From: Chryseobacterium sp.
Lineage (GTDB): Bacteria > Bacteroidota > Bacteroidia > Flavobacteriales > Weeksellaceae
DNA length: 64,000 nucleotides
Direction: 5' to 3'
NCBI GenBank assembly: GCA_027492795.1
Contig: JAPUEB010000035.1
Span: forward strand, 63,221-127,220
Shown: piece after piece, positions 18,541 through 27,365 of the stretch
Layout: each line of letters begins with the position of its first letter
Numbering within the stretch: the first letter of the stretch is position 1
Program-made: the position numbers and the translations under genes
Notes under the pieces: model-generated
Seen by the model: only the letters and a program-made list of their open reading frames with translations
Databases searched by the model: none
Told to the model about the DNA's origin: nothing

Positions 18541-20175
18541 CTAAAGAACTTGAAATTCAGGTGATTTTATTAAAGCTTTTACAAGGCGGTCAATCGGAAT
18601 TTTCACGGCAGTTGAAGTTCCGGTGTTTACATAATTGTTCCACTCGTTACTCCAATTGATGGTGCTTAAACCTCCTAAAAAGACATCTCGGAAGTATGTA
18701 TATCGTGTTCCTGTAGGAACTTCAATGTGTAAAATTGAGAAAAAATCCTGCAGTAAAATGTCTGCGTTTGCCGGATTGCTGAAATTGCCGCTATCTTTCA
18801 CAAAAATAGGCAAATTAAGCTTATACAAAAATCCAGATTTTGTAAAACCGCTAATCAACATATCTATCGAATTGTAATAACGGATTCTTAATGTGGACGT
18901 AGTAATCCAGTTTTTATCGTAATGCGGACTGCTGGAATAACCGGAATAACCGTTAACAGACTGCGGACGGAAAATTGGCATCCCTGCACTTTGCGCGTAA
19001 TAATAAATGGTGCTGAACAAACCATGTATAGAATCTGCATTGACGGTGTAAAGTGGGGTTTGTAATTGTAAGAGATTAAATAAATGAAGGTAAAATTCCA
19101 AAGGAGATTTTACGAGGCTTCCAATGATTTGGTCTCCTGCGGTGGTGTCTTCCTCGTCATAAAAGTGTTTGCTCCAAAGCAGTTCTTTAATTGTGGGGAG
19201 AATTTGGTAATTATTATTCTTTAAAAATACAGCCAGAGGAACTATAATGCCATTTTCAATTTCCGTGGTAATTTCACGCCCTACAAAATAGCGGTAAATC
19301 CTTCTGCAATAGGCTTTCGCAGTTTCATCTTGATTAAAAACCAGCGTTATAAAGTTTTCAAGTTCAGTTTGTATTGCAGCTTCTGTAGTTCCACCTGTTA
19401 TCACTGCATTTCCAAACGCGCTGCTAAAAGTTTTATCCGCAGGTTCGTGGTTGGCAACACTTATGAATCCCTTTGGAAGCTTGGTTACTGGATCCAAAAG
19501 ATTGAGACGCGCCGTTTTGTTCAACTGATTAGCGGATGTAAGTGTAAAACCTGTAAACACCTTTGCAGCCTGCTGAACGTCCGTTTCGGTATAATTGGTA
19601 TAATTTCCGGTAGCGATTTGTGGCCCCTTTAAAATTGTAAAAAGCTCCAAAAACTCTCGCGCGTAGTTTTGGTTCGGGCTGTTTTTTTTATTGAGATTAT
19701 TGTTTAGATAAATCAGCATACTTGGGTCTGAAGTTATCCTCACAGCCAATTCCTTCAAACTTCCGTTGGCGTGAAACCTTAAAAGCTCCTTATAATCGAA
19801 ATTGGTAAAAAAAGCAGCATTATCATCCGTTACAAAAAGCAAGTGCAGAAAATAGGCAATCCTGTATTGCGCAGATTGATCCTTCATCGCCTGATAAAGC
19901 CACCAATAATTGTCGTAGCTTACTGAATTATCAGTATTCAGCGTGTCTGTAATGGTAGGATTTGCAAAAGTGGGGATTATTGTTTCCTGATTGGCATTCA
20001 AAGGACTTGGCGGAATTGGAGAAGTAAAATTAAAAAGAATGTCCAAAGCCTGTTCCGGCGTTTTGGTGGACATATCCAATATCCTTGCCTTTGTAATGTT
20101 AAACGTGGTTCTGCGCAACAAATGATAGGCATTGCTATAACCCAAAACCGTTGTTTTTTTAGCTAAACTTGGCAT
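18541..20175 (-). CDS. DUF1800 family protein (usual partner of DUF1501)
   Basis: 544 aa. Motifs LLRRTTF, REFLELFTL, HE. Its stop is 2 nt from the DUF1501 gene start. Confidence 0.75.
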   Translation of the reverse strand: MPSLAKKTTVLGYSNAYHLLRRTTFNITKARILDMSTKTPEQALDILFNFTSPIPPSPLNANQETIIPTFANPTITDTLNTDNSVSYDNYWWLYQAMKDQSAQYRIAYFLHLLFVTDDNAAFFTNFDYKELLRFHANGSLKELAVRITSDPSMLIYLNNNLNKKNSPNQNYAREFLELFTILKGPQIATGNYTNYTETDVQQAAKVFTGFTLTSANQLNKTARLNLLDPVTKLPKGFISVANHEPADKTFSSAFGNAVITGGTTEAAIQTELENFITLVFNQDETAKAYCRRIYRYFVGREITTEIENGIIVPLAVFLKNNNYQILPTIKELLWSKHFYDEEDTTAGDQIIGSLVKSPLEFYLHLFNLLQLQTPLYTVNADSIHGLFSTIYYYAQSAGMPIFRPQSVNGYSGYSSSPHYDKNWITTSTLRIRYYNSIDMLISGFTKSGFLYKLNLPIFVKDSGNFSNPANADILLQDFFSILHIEVPTGTRYTYFRDVFLGGLSTINWSNEWNNYVNTGTSTAVKIPIDRLVKALIKSPEFQVL

Positions 20176-20331
20176 CGCACAAAATATTAAATTCTAAGCG
20201 AAGTTATAAAATAATTAAATTAAAATTACAAAATACAAAAAATTGTTGAAAAAATAATATTGTTTTGAATTTATGAGGAATAAAAAAAGGAAGCTTGCAA
20301 TGCCTCCTTCGATAGATATTTTATGAAAAAA

Positions 20332-20781
20332 CTATTTAACTCTTACCAGCGTATAGGTCTTGGAGTTATATACACCCGTATCTGTATCTAAATACTCGAT
20401 TTTAAGGTTCATGCCATTTTCTGTTAAATCAGAAATTTTGCCTTTATCCTGATTGGACAAATATTTAATAACGATTTCGCCTGTTTTGTCGTTGTACTGA
20501 TACGTTAGGTTACTTTCAAATTTTGTGTGGCAAACCACATAGGTGTCGTCCCTCATCCAGACACTTCCAGAATTATCCTCCTTAAAAACCCATCGCGATT
20601 CCTGTTGGCAAGTAGAATAGATGTACGTATCCGATACACTAGTGTTATTTGTTACGTTGGTTTCTACCATCTTCACGGGCTTCCAAGTTCCTACGATTTT
20701 CTGTTTCACCGGTTCGTCTTCCTTACAGCTAACTATTGTTAAAAGAAATAATGAAGCGAAAAAAATAATGAATTTTTTCAT
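20332..20781 (-). CDS. Lipocalin-like lipoprotein
   Basis: 149 aa. Lipoprotein signal (TIVSC) and a KIVGTWKPVK lipocalin-like start. Confidence 0.55.
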   Translation of the reverse strand: MKKFIIFFASLFLLTIVSCKEDEPVKQKIVGTWKPVKMVETNVTNNTSVSDTYIYSTCQQESRWVFKEDNSGSVWMRDDTYVVCHTKFESNLTYQYNDKTGEIVIKYLSNQDKGKISDLTENGMNLKIEYLDTDTGVYNSKTYTLVRVK

Positions 20782-20894
20782 GTTTTATAATTATGGGCTA
20801 AATTTAGTAATATTTTTAAAAACTCAAATCTTTTTATCACATTTTTGCACTTGGAATTTTGGTTTTGGCAAAACTAAATCCTAAAACTAAATCC

Positions 20895-20902
20895 TATCTT
20901 TG
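20895..20902 (+). promoter_or_regulatory. -7 promoter box (TAtcTTTG)
   Basis: Exact match 14 nt upstream of the ATG at 20916. Confidence 0.45.
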
Positions 20903-20915
20903 CAAAAACACAGCA

Positions 20916-21668
20916 ATGCCCGAAGTTTCCATCATCACGCCCTGTTATAATTCCTCAAAATTTTTAGGTGAAACCATTCGCTCCGTCCAAAACCAGACGT
21001 TTCACGATTGGGAATGGATCATTACGGATGATAAATCCTCCGACAATTCAGTGGAAATTTTAAATGCTGTAAAAGATTCCAGAATTATTATTATCGAAGC
21101 CAACAAAAACGGCGGAGCTGGACACGCCAGAAATTTGTCTTTGGAAAAAGCATCGGGAAGATTCATCACTTTTTTGGATGCGGATGATTATTGGGAACCC
21201 AATTTTTTGGAGGAAATGGTGAATTTCATGAAAAAAGAAAACGCCGAACTCGCCTACTCCAATTATGCACGATGCAACGAAGATTTGGTTCCACAAATTG
21301 AAGATTTTAAAGCTGATAAAGAAGTTACTTTCAATAATTTGCTAAAAACTTGCAGGCTTTCACTTTTAAGTTCGATGTACGATTCAAAGCGTGTAGGAAA
21401 AGAATTTTTTCCTGAGGGAAGCAAACGCGAAGACCACGTAATGTGGCTGAATTTGCTGAAAAAAATTCCTGTGGGAAAACCGCTTCCAAAAACGATGGCA
21501 AAATACAGAATGCACTCCACAAGTGTTTCCCGAAAGAAAACCAACATTATTAAAGACCAATATTTGGTGTACAAAGATTTTATGAAATTTTCTACGCTGA
21601 AATCGCTGTATTACACAGCAAATTGGGCAATTAACGGATTTATGAAATATTCAAAAATTTTTAACTGA
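20916..21668 (+). CDS. Family 2 glycosyltransferase
   Basis: MPEVSIITPCYNSSKFL...DDKSSDNS...FLDADD motifs. Confidence 0.85.
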   Translation: MPEVSIITPCYNSSKFLGETIRSVQNQTFHDWEWIITDDKSSDNSVEILNAVKDSRIIIIEANKNGGAGHARNLSLEKASGRFITFLDADDYWEPNFLEEMVNFMKKENAELAYSNYARCNEDLVPQIEDFKADKEVTFNNLLKTCRLSLLSSMYDSKRVGKEFFPEGSKREDHVMWLNLLKKIPVGKPLPKTMAKYRMHSTSVSRKKTNIIKDQYLVYKDFMKFSTLKSLYYTANWAINGFMKYSKIFN

Positions 21669-22294
21669 TGGAGTACAGCAAAGAATTCAAACAGGCAATT
21701 TCCAATTTTTCATCGCTTGAAAAAGACAGGCTGATTTTCAGGTTGTTGAAGAAAGACAAAATTCTTTCCGAAAAATTATATTTTGAATTAATTGATCCCG
21801 AAACTGCGGATGAAAAACGAAACCATCTTGAAAATAACATTAAAGATAAGTTCGAAAAACACTATCGAGAGGTGAAAAACGCCAAATATTTCCTGATGCT
21901 CATTCGTGGAGTTTCGGGCGATATTACCCATCACGTAAAGGTAACTTCCGATAAATTCGGCGAAATTTATCTCAATTTATTTTTGGTGAATGAAAGTTTG
22001 AGTCAAAAAAATGCATACACAAACGCACGTTTCGATGATGTGTACAAGGTGTATATTTATTGCCTTAATAAAATCTTCAAATCTCTTACTTTAATCAAAA
22101 AAATTGATGAAGATTACTGGATGGATTTTGATGAAATTCTTGAAAAAATTCTTGAAAAAATCTTGTCGAACAACCATCTTCCAAGACTTTGCATTAATAA
22201 TGGTTTGGATTTCAACTGGTTTAAAACCGAAAACATCCCCAATGACATTGCGGATATTTTGCGGGATATAAAAAATCAAGGTTTTTTGAAATAA
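21668..22294 (+). CDS. Hypothetical protein
   Basis: 208-aa ORF. Its start overlaps the upstream stop (TGATG). No motif recognised. Confidence 0.55.
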   Translation: MEYSKEFKQAISNFSSLEKDRLIFRLLKKDKILSEKLYFELIDPETADEKRNHLENNIKDKFEKHYREVKNAKYFLMLIRGVSGDITHHVKVTSDKFGEIYLNLFLVNESLSQKNAYTNARFDDVYKVYIYCLNKIFKSLTLIKKIDEDYWMDFDEILEKILEKILSNNHLPRLCINNGLDFNWFKTENIPNDIADILRDIKNQGFLK

Positions 22295-23526
22295 AGTTCC
22301 TGCATTTTCTTCAAAATAATTTCCGTAGAATTTGGCTGTGAATTGACAAAATGAGCCGCATTTTTACCCATTTCTTTAATTATTTCGGGAGTTTTCATTA
22401 ATCCAAGCAACTCATTTCCGGCAAGAAATTCATCATCGAAAGATTTTGCACCTTTTTCGGCAATCAGCGCGTCTGCTTCAGGATTTTTTCGATAATGATT
22501 TCCAAAAAACACCGGAATTCCAAAAGTGGCTGCCTCCAAAATATTATGAAGTCCAGCTGAATGAAAACCACCGCCAATAACGGCAAGATCTGCGTAAGAA
22601 TAAAGTTTGGAAAGGAGACCAATGCAATCTACGATGAGTATTTGAGTAGCTGAATGGTTTAGTGGTTTAGCGGTTTGCAATTCGCTGTAAAGTAGTGCGC
22701 TTGGAAACAATTGGTGTAAAATTTCTACTCTTTTTAAATCATGCGGCGCGATGATGATTTTTAGGTCGGATTTTTTGGCTAAAATTTGGGCAATTCGTTC
22801 TTCTGCCTCCCAAGAACTTCCAAAGACAACGGTTTTTTGTCCGTTTTTATATTCATCAATAAAATCTACAAAATTATCACGCTCGCGAAGCTGTTTTACA
22901 CGGTCGAAACGAGTATCTCCTGCTGTGGAAGACTGCATTAAGCCAATGGTTTTTGCCAATGCGGAAGAGTTTTTGGTTTGATGAAAAAACCAGTCGATAT
23001 TTTTTTTCAGTTGCTCCGTAAACCACGAACCATACACTTTAAAGAAGATCTGTTTTTCGTAAAAAAGTGCTGAAATCACGTAGGTTTTTGCGCCATTTTT
23101 TTTCAAAAAATCCAAAAGATTGTACCAGTAATCATATTTTACCGTGAAGAAAATATCGGTTTGAAAATTCGACGCAAATTCAGAAATCCATTTGTTCAAA
23201 TCGAAAGGAAGATAGCAAACCACATCTGCAATATGATTTTTCTTCACCACATTTTCGTAACCGGAAGGCGAGAAAAAAGTAATGAGAATCTTGTGTTGCG
23301 GATGTTTCTCCTTCAGTTTTTCCAAAACCGGAAGTCCCTGTTCATATTCGCCCAAACTTGCAGCGTGCATCCAAATCACTTTGTCGTTTTTTGAAAATTT
23401 CTCTTTCACACGCTCGCAACTTTGCCTTCTTCCAGCCAAACCGCGCTTCAATTTATAGTTGAAAGCCGCCCCGATTTTGAAACCGAAAATCATTAAGGAA
23501 ATGAATATGTTGTAGAGGAATTTCAA
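22276..23526 (-). CDS. waaA: 3-deoxy-D-manno-octulosonic acid (Kdo) transferase
   Basis: 416 aa. WMHAASLGEYEQGLPV motif and a GT-B C-terminal half. Apparent TTG start. Confidence 0.85.
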   Translation of the reverse strand: MKFLYNIFISLMIFGFKIGAAFNYKLKRGLAGRRQSCERVKEKFSKNDKVIWMHAASLGEYEQGLPVLEKLKEKHPQHKILITFFSPSGYENVVKKNHIADVVCYLPFDLNKWISEFASNFQTDIFFTVKYDYWYNLLDFLKKNGAKTYVISALFYEKQIFFKVYGSWFTEQLKKNIDWFFHQTKNSSALAKTIGLMQSSTAGDTRFDRVKQLRERDNFVDFIDEYKNGQKTVVFGSSWEAEERIAQILAKKSDLKIIIAPHDLKRVEILHQLFPSALLYSELQTAKPLNHSATQILIVDCIGLLSKLYSYADLAVIGGGFHSAGLHNILEAATFGIPVFFGNHYRKNPEADALIAEKGAKSFDDEFLAGNELLGLMKTPEIIKEMGKNAAHFVNSQPNSTEIILKKMQELYFKKP

Positions 23527-23569
23527 GGTTGATGTGCTGATTTTTGATTTTTGATATACTGATTTTTTG

Positions 23570-23600
23570 CTCTCGCAGATTTGGCTGATGACGCAGATTT
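23570..23600 (+). repeat. CTCGCAGATTT-type 31-nt repeat, copy 1
   Basis: ctctcgcagatttggctgatgacgcagattt. Confidence 0.8.
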
Positions 23601-23710
23601 TTGCCCAATAAAAATTTTAATCTTACAAATTTATTCTACGATATTCTCTTTAAACACAAATATTTTCTACTAATAATCTAATCTTTAGCCAAATTCACAT
23701 TTTTTTTCGA

Positions 23711-24187
23711 TTAATTATCCTTTGTTTCAATCGCAGTTTTTTCTTTTCTACCATTTCCTAAAAAAATTAACAAACCTATAATTCCCAAATATAAAAGTCC
23801 GATTAATAAACCTGCTGGAAAACTCAACTCATCTTTTTTCTGAAGCGGAGCCTGAACATTTTGATAACTTATAAACGCAAAAATCGACATTACAATAACC
23901 GTAAAAATCTGCAAAAACATTTTTAAAGATTCTGTATTTTTCTTCATATAATCGGGAAGATTGATCAACTTCGGGTTTCTTTGGAGAAACATCAAGAATA
24001 CGAAAAGTGCGGTAGCAATTCCACATTCCAGAAAAATTAGACTTTTTGAGCCAAAACCATCCGCTTTTCCGCTGCCATCAAAATGTGTTGGAATAATTTC
24101 AGGCAATTTCGAAAAATGAATCGCTGGATAAACCCAAATAAAAATTAAAAGTGATAAACTCAAAAAATTTACAAAATTTGTTTTCAT
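23711..24187 (-). CDS. DUF1648-like membrane protein
   Basis: 158 aa, 4 TM, N-terminal ..LPEIIPTHFDGSGKADGFGSK. Confidence 0.6.
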   Translation of the reverse strand: MKTNFVNFLSLSLLIFIWVYPAIHFSKLPEIIPTHFDGSGKADGFGSKSLIFLECGIATALFVFLMFLQRNPKLINLPDYMKKNTESLKMFLQIFTVIVMSIFAFISYQNVQAPLQKKDELSFPAGLLIGLLYLGIIGLLIFLGNGRKEKTAIETKDN

Positions 24188-24189
24188 TT

Positions 24190-24220
24190 CTCTCGCAGAT
24201 TTTGCTGATTGCGCAGATTT
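24190..24220 (+). repeat. CTCGCAGATTT-type repeat, copy 2 (direct with respect to copy 1)
   Basis: ctctcgcagattttgctgattgcgcagattt. Confidence 0.8.
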
Positions 24221-24222
24221 AA

Positions 24223-24606
24223 TTATTCTTCTAAATTATTGGCGATTCTTTTTATGGAATCCAAAATACTTGTTGTGTTGAAATTCACTAAAATTCCCAA
24301 TTTCTTGTTAGAAAGTTTTAGATAGGTATTGAGTTGCTTATAATGAATGTCTTCAAGATTTTTCACGGATTTTATTTCTATAACGACTTTATCTTCAACT
24401 AAAATATCCATTCTCAAATTACAATCAAAAACTATGTCATTATAAACAATTGGAATGTCAATCTCCGATTTTACTTCCAAGCCTAAATCTTCCAATTCAT
24501 AAACTAAGACTTTCTGATAAACAGACTCCAGTAATCCGGGACCTAATCCATTGTACACATTAAATATGGCTTTCCTTACAAGATAAGAAATTTCATTTTC
24601 TTTCAT
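24223..24606 (-). CDS. GxxExxY protein (PD-(D/E)XK nuclease-fold family)
   Basis: 127 aa. ..GPGLLESVYQKVLVYEL..., DILVEDKVVIEIKS, LVNFN. Confidence 0.85.
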   Translation of the reverse strand: MKENEISYLVRKAIFNVYNGLGPGLLESVYQKVLVYELEDLGLEVKSEIDIPIVYNDIVFDCNLRMDILVEDKVVIEIKSVKNLEDIHYKQLNTYLKLSNKKLGILVNFNTTSILDSIKRIANNLEE

Positions 24607-24627
24607 ATTTGTGATATAATAAAATTA

Positions 24628-24658
24628 AAATCTGCGTAATCCGCCAAATCTGCGAGAG
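24628..24658 (-). repeat. CTCGCAGATTT-type repeat, copy 3 (inverted)
   Basis: The reverse complement ctctcgcagatttggcggattacgcagattt matches copy 2 at 28 of 31 positions. Confidence 0.8.
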
Positions 24659-24660
24659 CT

Positions 24661-25362
24661 TTAAAAAACTCGTTTCACAAAACGCAATTTATGCGTATGT
24701 TTTTTCAAATCATTACTATAAATCCCCGATGAATCCAAGGAATCCAAGCGTACTTTTCCAAATGCGTGAATTACTTCATAAGCATTCAGCATAATTCCAA
24801 CGTGGTTTATTTTTCCTTCCTCGTTTTCAAAAAAAGCCAAATCTCCGGCTTCACTTTCGCCCAAAAAATCAATTACTTCGCCGGTTTCAGCCTGTTTTTC
24901 AGCAGTTCTTGGCAAAACAATTCCATGCACTTTATACACCAACTGCACAAAACCATCATCATCCACACCAAAAAAACTTCTTCCGCCCCACAAATAAGGC
25001 ACATTCAGGAATTTTTTAGCAGTCTCAACTATGCTTTCTCGTAGATTTTCAGTTTTAAGAACTTTTTCTGTCGGAAAATCAACTTCGGAACCGATGGATA
25101 AAAGACTTCTTCCCTCTTTCAAATCAAAAACTCCGAAAGGTTCTTCAACTAAATATTTTGTGGGAATTTCCTTGATTGGATGAAGATGATTGGTGTTCGT
25201 CCAACCTTTCGTGCCGTCGAAATCCATTTTTATTTTTGAAAAACTTCCATTATTTTCCAAAATTTCGCAGGTTTCGCCGTAAAGCATTTGCGAAATCATT
25301 TCACTCTGTTCCGAATTTTCTTTTCGCAGCGGCGAAATCAGAACGTGGCATTGTGCAATCAT
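24661..25362 (-). CDS. C40 (NlpC/P60) family peptidase with N-terminal SH3-like domain
   Basis: 233 aa. ..YLWGGRSFFGVDDDGFV.. and ..GDLAFF...INHVGI.. motifs. Confidence 0.8.
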   Translation of the reverse strand: MIAQCHVLISPLRKENSEQSEMISQMLYGETCEILENNGSFSKIKMDFDGTKGWTNTNHLHPIKEIPTKYLVEEPFGVFDLKEGRSLLSIGSEVDFPTEKVLKTENLRESIVETAKKFLNVPYLWGGRSFFGVDDDGFVQLVYKVHGIVLPRTAEKQAETGEVIDFLGESEAGDLAFFENEEGKINHVGIMLNAYEVIHAFGKVRLDSLDSSGIYSNDLKKHTHKLRFVKRVF

Positions 25363-25374
25363 TTATTTAGATTC

Positions 25375-25413
25375 AGATGTTAGATATCAGATTTCAGACA
25401 TCAGATATCAGTT
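25375..25413. repeat. Simple CAGAT(A/T)T-type tandem repeat tract
   Basis: ttagattcagatgttagatatcagatttcagacatcagatatcag. Confidence 0.6.
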
Positions 25414-25472
25414 TTTATAATTTTAAAATGATAGGAAAAACTCAATCACCCTCAAACTCTCCCACTCTCAAA

Positions 25473-26120
25473 CTACTTTCTGCGCAAAAGGTTCACTCCG
25501 TCGCGCAAAGGTAATATTAGATTTTCAAAATCTTCGTCTTTGGCTATGATATCGTTCAGTTCTTTAATTTTTTTTGTGGAAAGCTGTTTCGGATTTTCGT
25601 CCAAAACTTTTCCGTACCACAACACATTGTCAAAAATGATTACAGAACCAGATTTTATTTTTGGCTTGATTAAATGAAAATATTCCACATAATTTTCCTT
25701 ATCCGCATCGATGAATACGAGGTCGAAAATCTCATTCGTTTCTTTCAGAAAATCTTTCGCGTCCTGCAAACGGAAATCTATTTGAGAAGAAAACTCACTT
25801 TCCGCAAAATATTTTTTGGGAATGTAAGTCAAATCTTCATTCACATCCAACGTAATTAATTTTCCATTTTTTGAAAGTCCTTCTGCCATACAAAGTGAAG
25901 CGTAACCGGTAAAAGTTCCGATTTCGAGGATTTTCTCCGGCTTCAAAATTTTGGAAATAATGGAAAGCAATCTTCCCTGTTGATAACCGGAAATCATGTG
26001 CGGTTGCGTGGTTTTTTGGTAGGTTTCGCGACGCAGTTTTTTCAGAATTTCGGGTTCTGTGGAAGCGTGATTTTCCAAATAGCGGTCCATTTCCGGACAG
26101 TTTTCTTCAAAAAAACTCAT
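25473..26120 (-). CDS. Class I SAM-dependent O-methyltransferase (caffeoyl-CoA OMT-like)
   Basis: 215 aa. ILEIGTFTGYASL SAM-binding motif and FDLVFIDADKENY. Confidence 0.85.
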   Translation of the reverse strand: MSFFEENCPEMDRYLENHASTEPEILKKLRRETYQKTTQPHMISGYQQGRLLSIISKILKPEKILEIGTFTGYASLCMAEGLSKNGKLITLDVNEDLTYIPKKYFAESEFSSQIDFRLQDAKDFLKETNEIFDLVFIDADKENYVEYFHLIKPKIKSGSVIIFDNVLWYGKVLDENPKQLSTKKIKELNDIIAKDEDFENLILPLRDGVNLLRRK

Positions 26121-26236
26121 GTATTTTTTTATAAATGATGAATAATAGTTGATGAATGATGTAAAAATTTATCCCAAAAGTAAAGATTTTGAAATAAAAT
26201 TTTCAGATATTGAGAAATTAGCTTTGATGATTTTCA

Positions 26237-26290
26237 ATCCTCCAGCGACAAGTCGCAAGAGGTTAACATTGTGTCGCGCTCCGCGCGAAA
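26237..26290 (+). repeat. 54-57-nt intergenic repeat family (TCCTCCAGCGACAAGTCGC...), copy 1
   Basis: atcctccagcgacaagtcgcaagaggttaacattgtgtcgcgctccgcgcgaaa. Contains gcgac-aa-gtcgc and tcgcg-ctc-cgcga hairpins. Confidence 0.85.
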
Positions 26291-26403
26291 AATAATTGCG
26301 TTATCAATGGCGAAAAATATAAAAATATATCGAAAAAAAACCTTGTCAAGATTTGGAATCTTGACAAGGTTGGGAGAAATTTTCAAAATAGGTCTTCTAA
26401 AAA

Positions 26404-27240
26404 CTAATTCTTTACCGGAGCGATATCCATCAACTTCATAAATTCATCCAGTTTTGGCATAATGATAATCTCCGTTCTGCGATTTTCTGCTCTTCCAGAA
26501 ACGGATGCGTTGGTGGTTTTAGGGTTGTATTCGCTGCGTCCTCCTGCTGTAATTCTCGCCGGATTTACACCAAATTGCGTTTGCAAAACTTTCGCCATCG
26601 AAGTTGCTCTCAAAGCAGACAAATCCCAGTTGTCTTTCGGTAAATTGGCTGAACTCAATGGAACATTATCTGTATTTCCTTCAATCAGAACAGAATAAGT
26701 GTCGTAATCGTTGATTACCTTCGCAACTTTGCCCAAAACTTCCTGAGCTTGTGGAAGCACATTGTAATCACCAGTTTTATAGAGCATTTTGTCGGAAAGC
26801 GATATCATCACCACTCCTTTCAGCACTTTTACCTGAACATCGTTGTCGGAAACATTGTCCAAAGAACGCTTCAACTTGTTGGAAAGCGCCAAATTCAGGC
26901 TGTCGTTTTTAGAATTTGTGGAAATTAATTGTTTGATGTATTTGTTGGAAGCATTGATTTCGCCAATCAATTTATCAATATTTGCAGAACCTTTTCCGGC
27001 GTTGCTCAAACAGGCATCCAAAGAAGATTTCAGCGCATCATTTTGGTTTTTCAAGAGATTATTTTCGCTGGACAAACCTGCATTTACCCCCTTCAAATCC
27101 TGAATTTCGCGCTGTCGTTCACCCAAATTTTCCAAACTCTGTTTATAATTGGTATTCAGTGCGTCATACTGTTTTTGGCTTACGCAGGAAGTCAAAAAAA
27201 TCGCTGTCAATCCTGCTGCAACAAATTTTGTAATTTTCAT
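26404..27240 (-). CDS. OmpA family lipoprotein with coiled-coil N-terminal region
   Basis: MKITKFVAAGLTAIFLTSC lipobox. C-terminal OmpA motif ..NTDNVP...NWDLSALRA...GRAENRRTEI. Confidence 0.8.
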   Translation of the reverse strand: MKITKFVAAGLTAIFLTSCVSQKQYDALNTNYKQSLENLGERQREIQDLKGVNAGLSSENNLLKNQNDALKSSLDACLSNAGKGSANIDKLIGEINASNKYIKQLISTNSKNDSLNLALSNKLKRSLDNVSDNDVQVKVLKGVVMISLSDKMLYKTGDYNVLPQAQEVLGKVAKVINDYDTYSVLIEGNTDNVPLSSANLPKDNWDLSALRATSMAKVLQTQFGVNPARITAGGRSEYNPKTTNASVSGRAENRRTEIIIMPKLDEFMKLMDIAPVKN

Positions 27241-27294
27241 ATGTAGATTTTTATTATTTTTCTGAAGTATTTTTAAGTATTTGCTGATGATTTT

Positions 27295-27302
27295 CAAATT
27301 TA
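27295..27302 (-). promoter_or_regulatory. -7 promoter box (TAaaTTTG on minus strand)
   Basis: Plus-strand caaattta. The track's TTG start at 27297 lies inside this box, which favours the ATG at 27240. Confidence 0.4.
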
Positions 27303-27325
27303 CAAAATCATTTTCTCAGAAGCCT

Positions 27326-27333
27326 TATATTTG
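27326..27333 (+). promoter_or_regulatory. -7 promoter box (TAtaTTTG)
   Basis: 33 nt upstream of the tilS ATG. Confidence 0.4.
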
Positions 27334-27365
27334 TGAGATTTTAGAAGTTTTTAAGATATTTTAAA

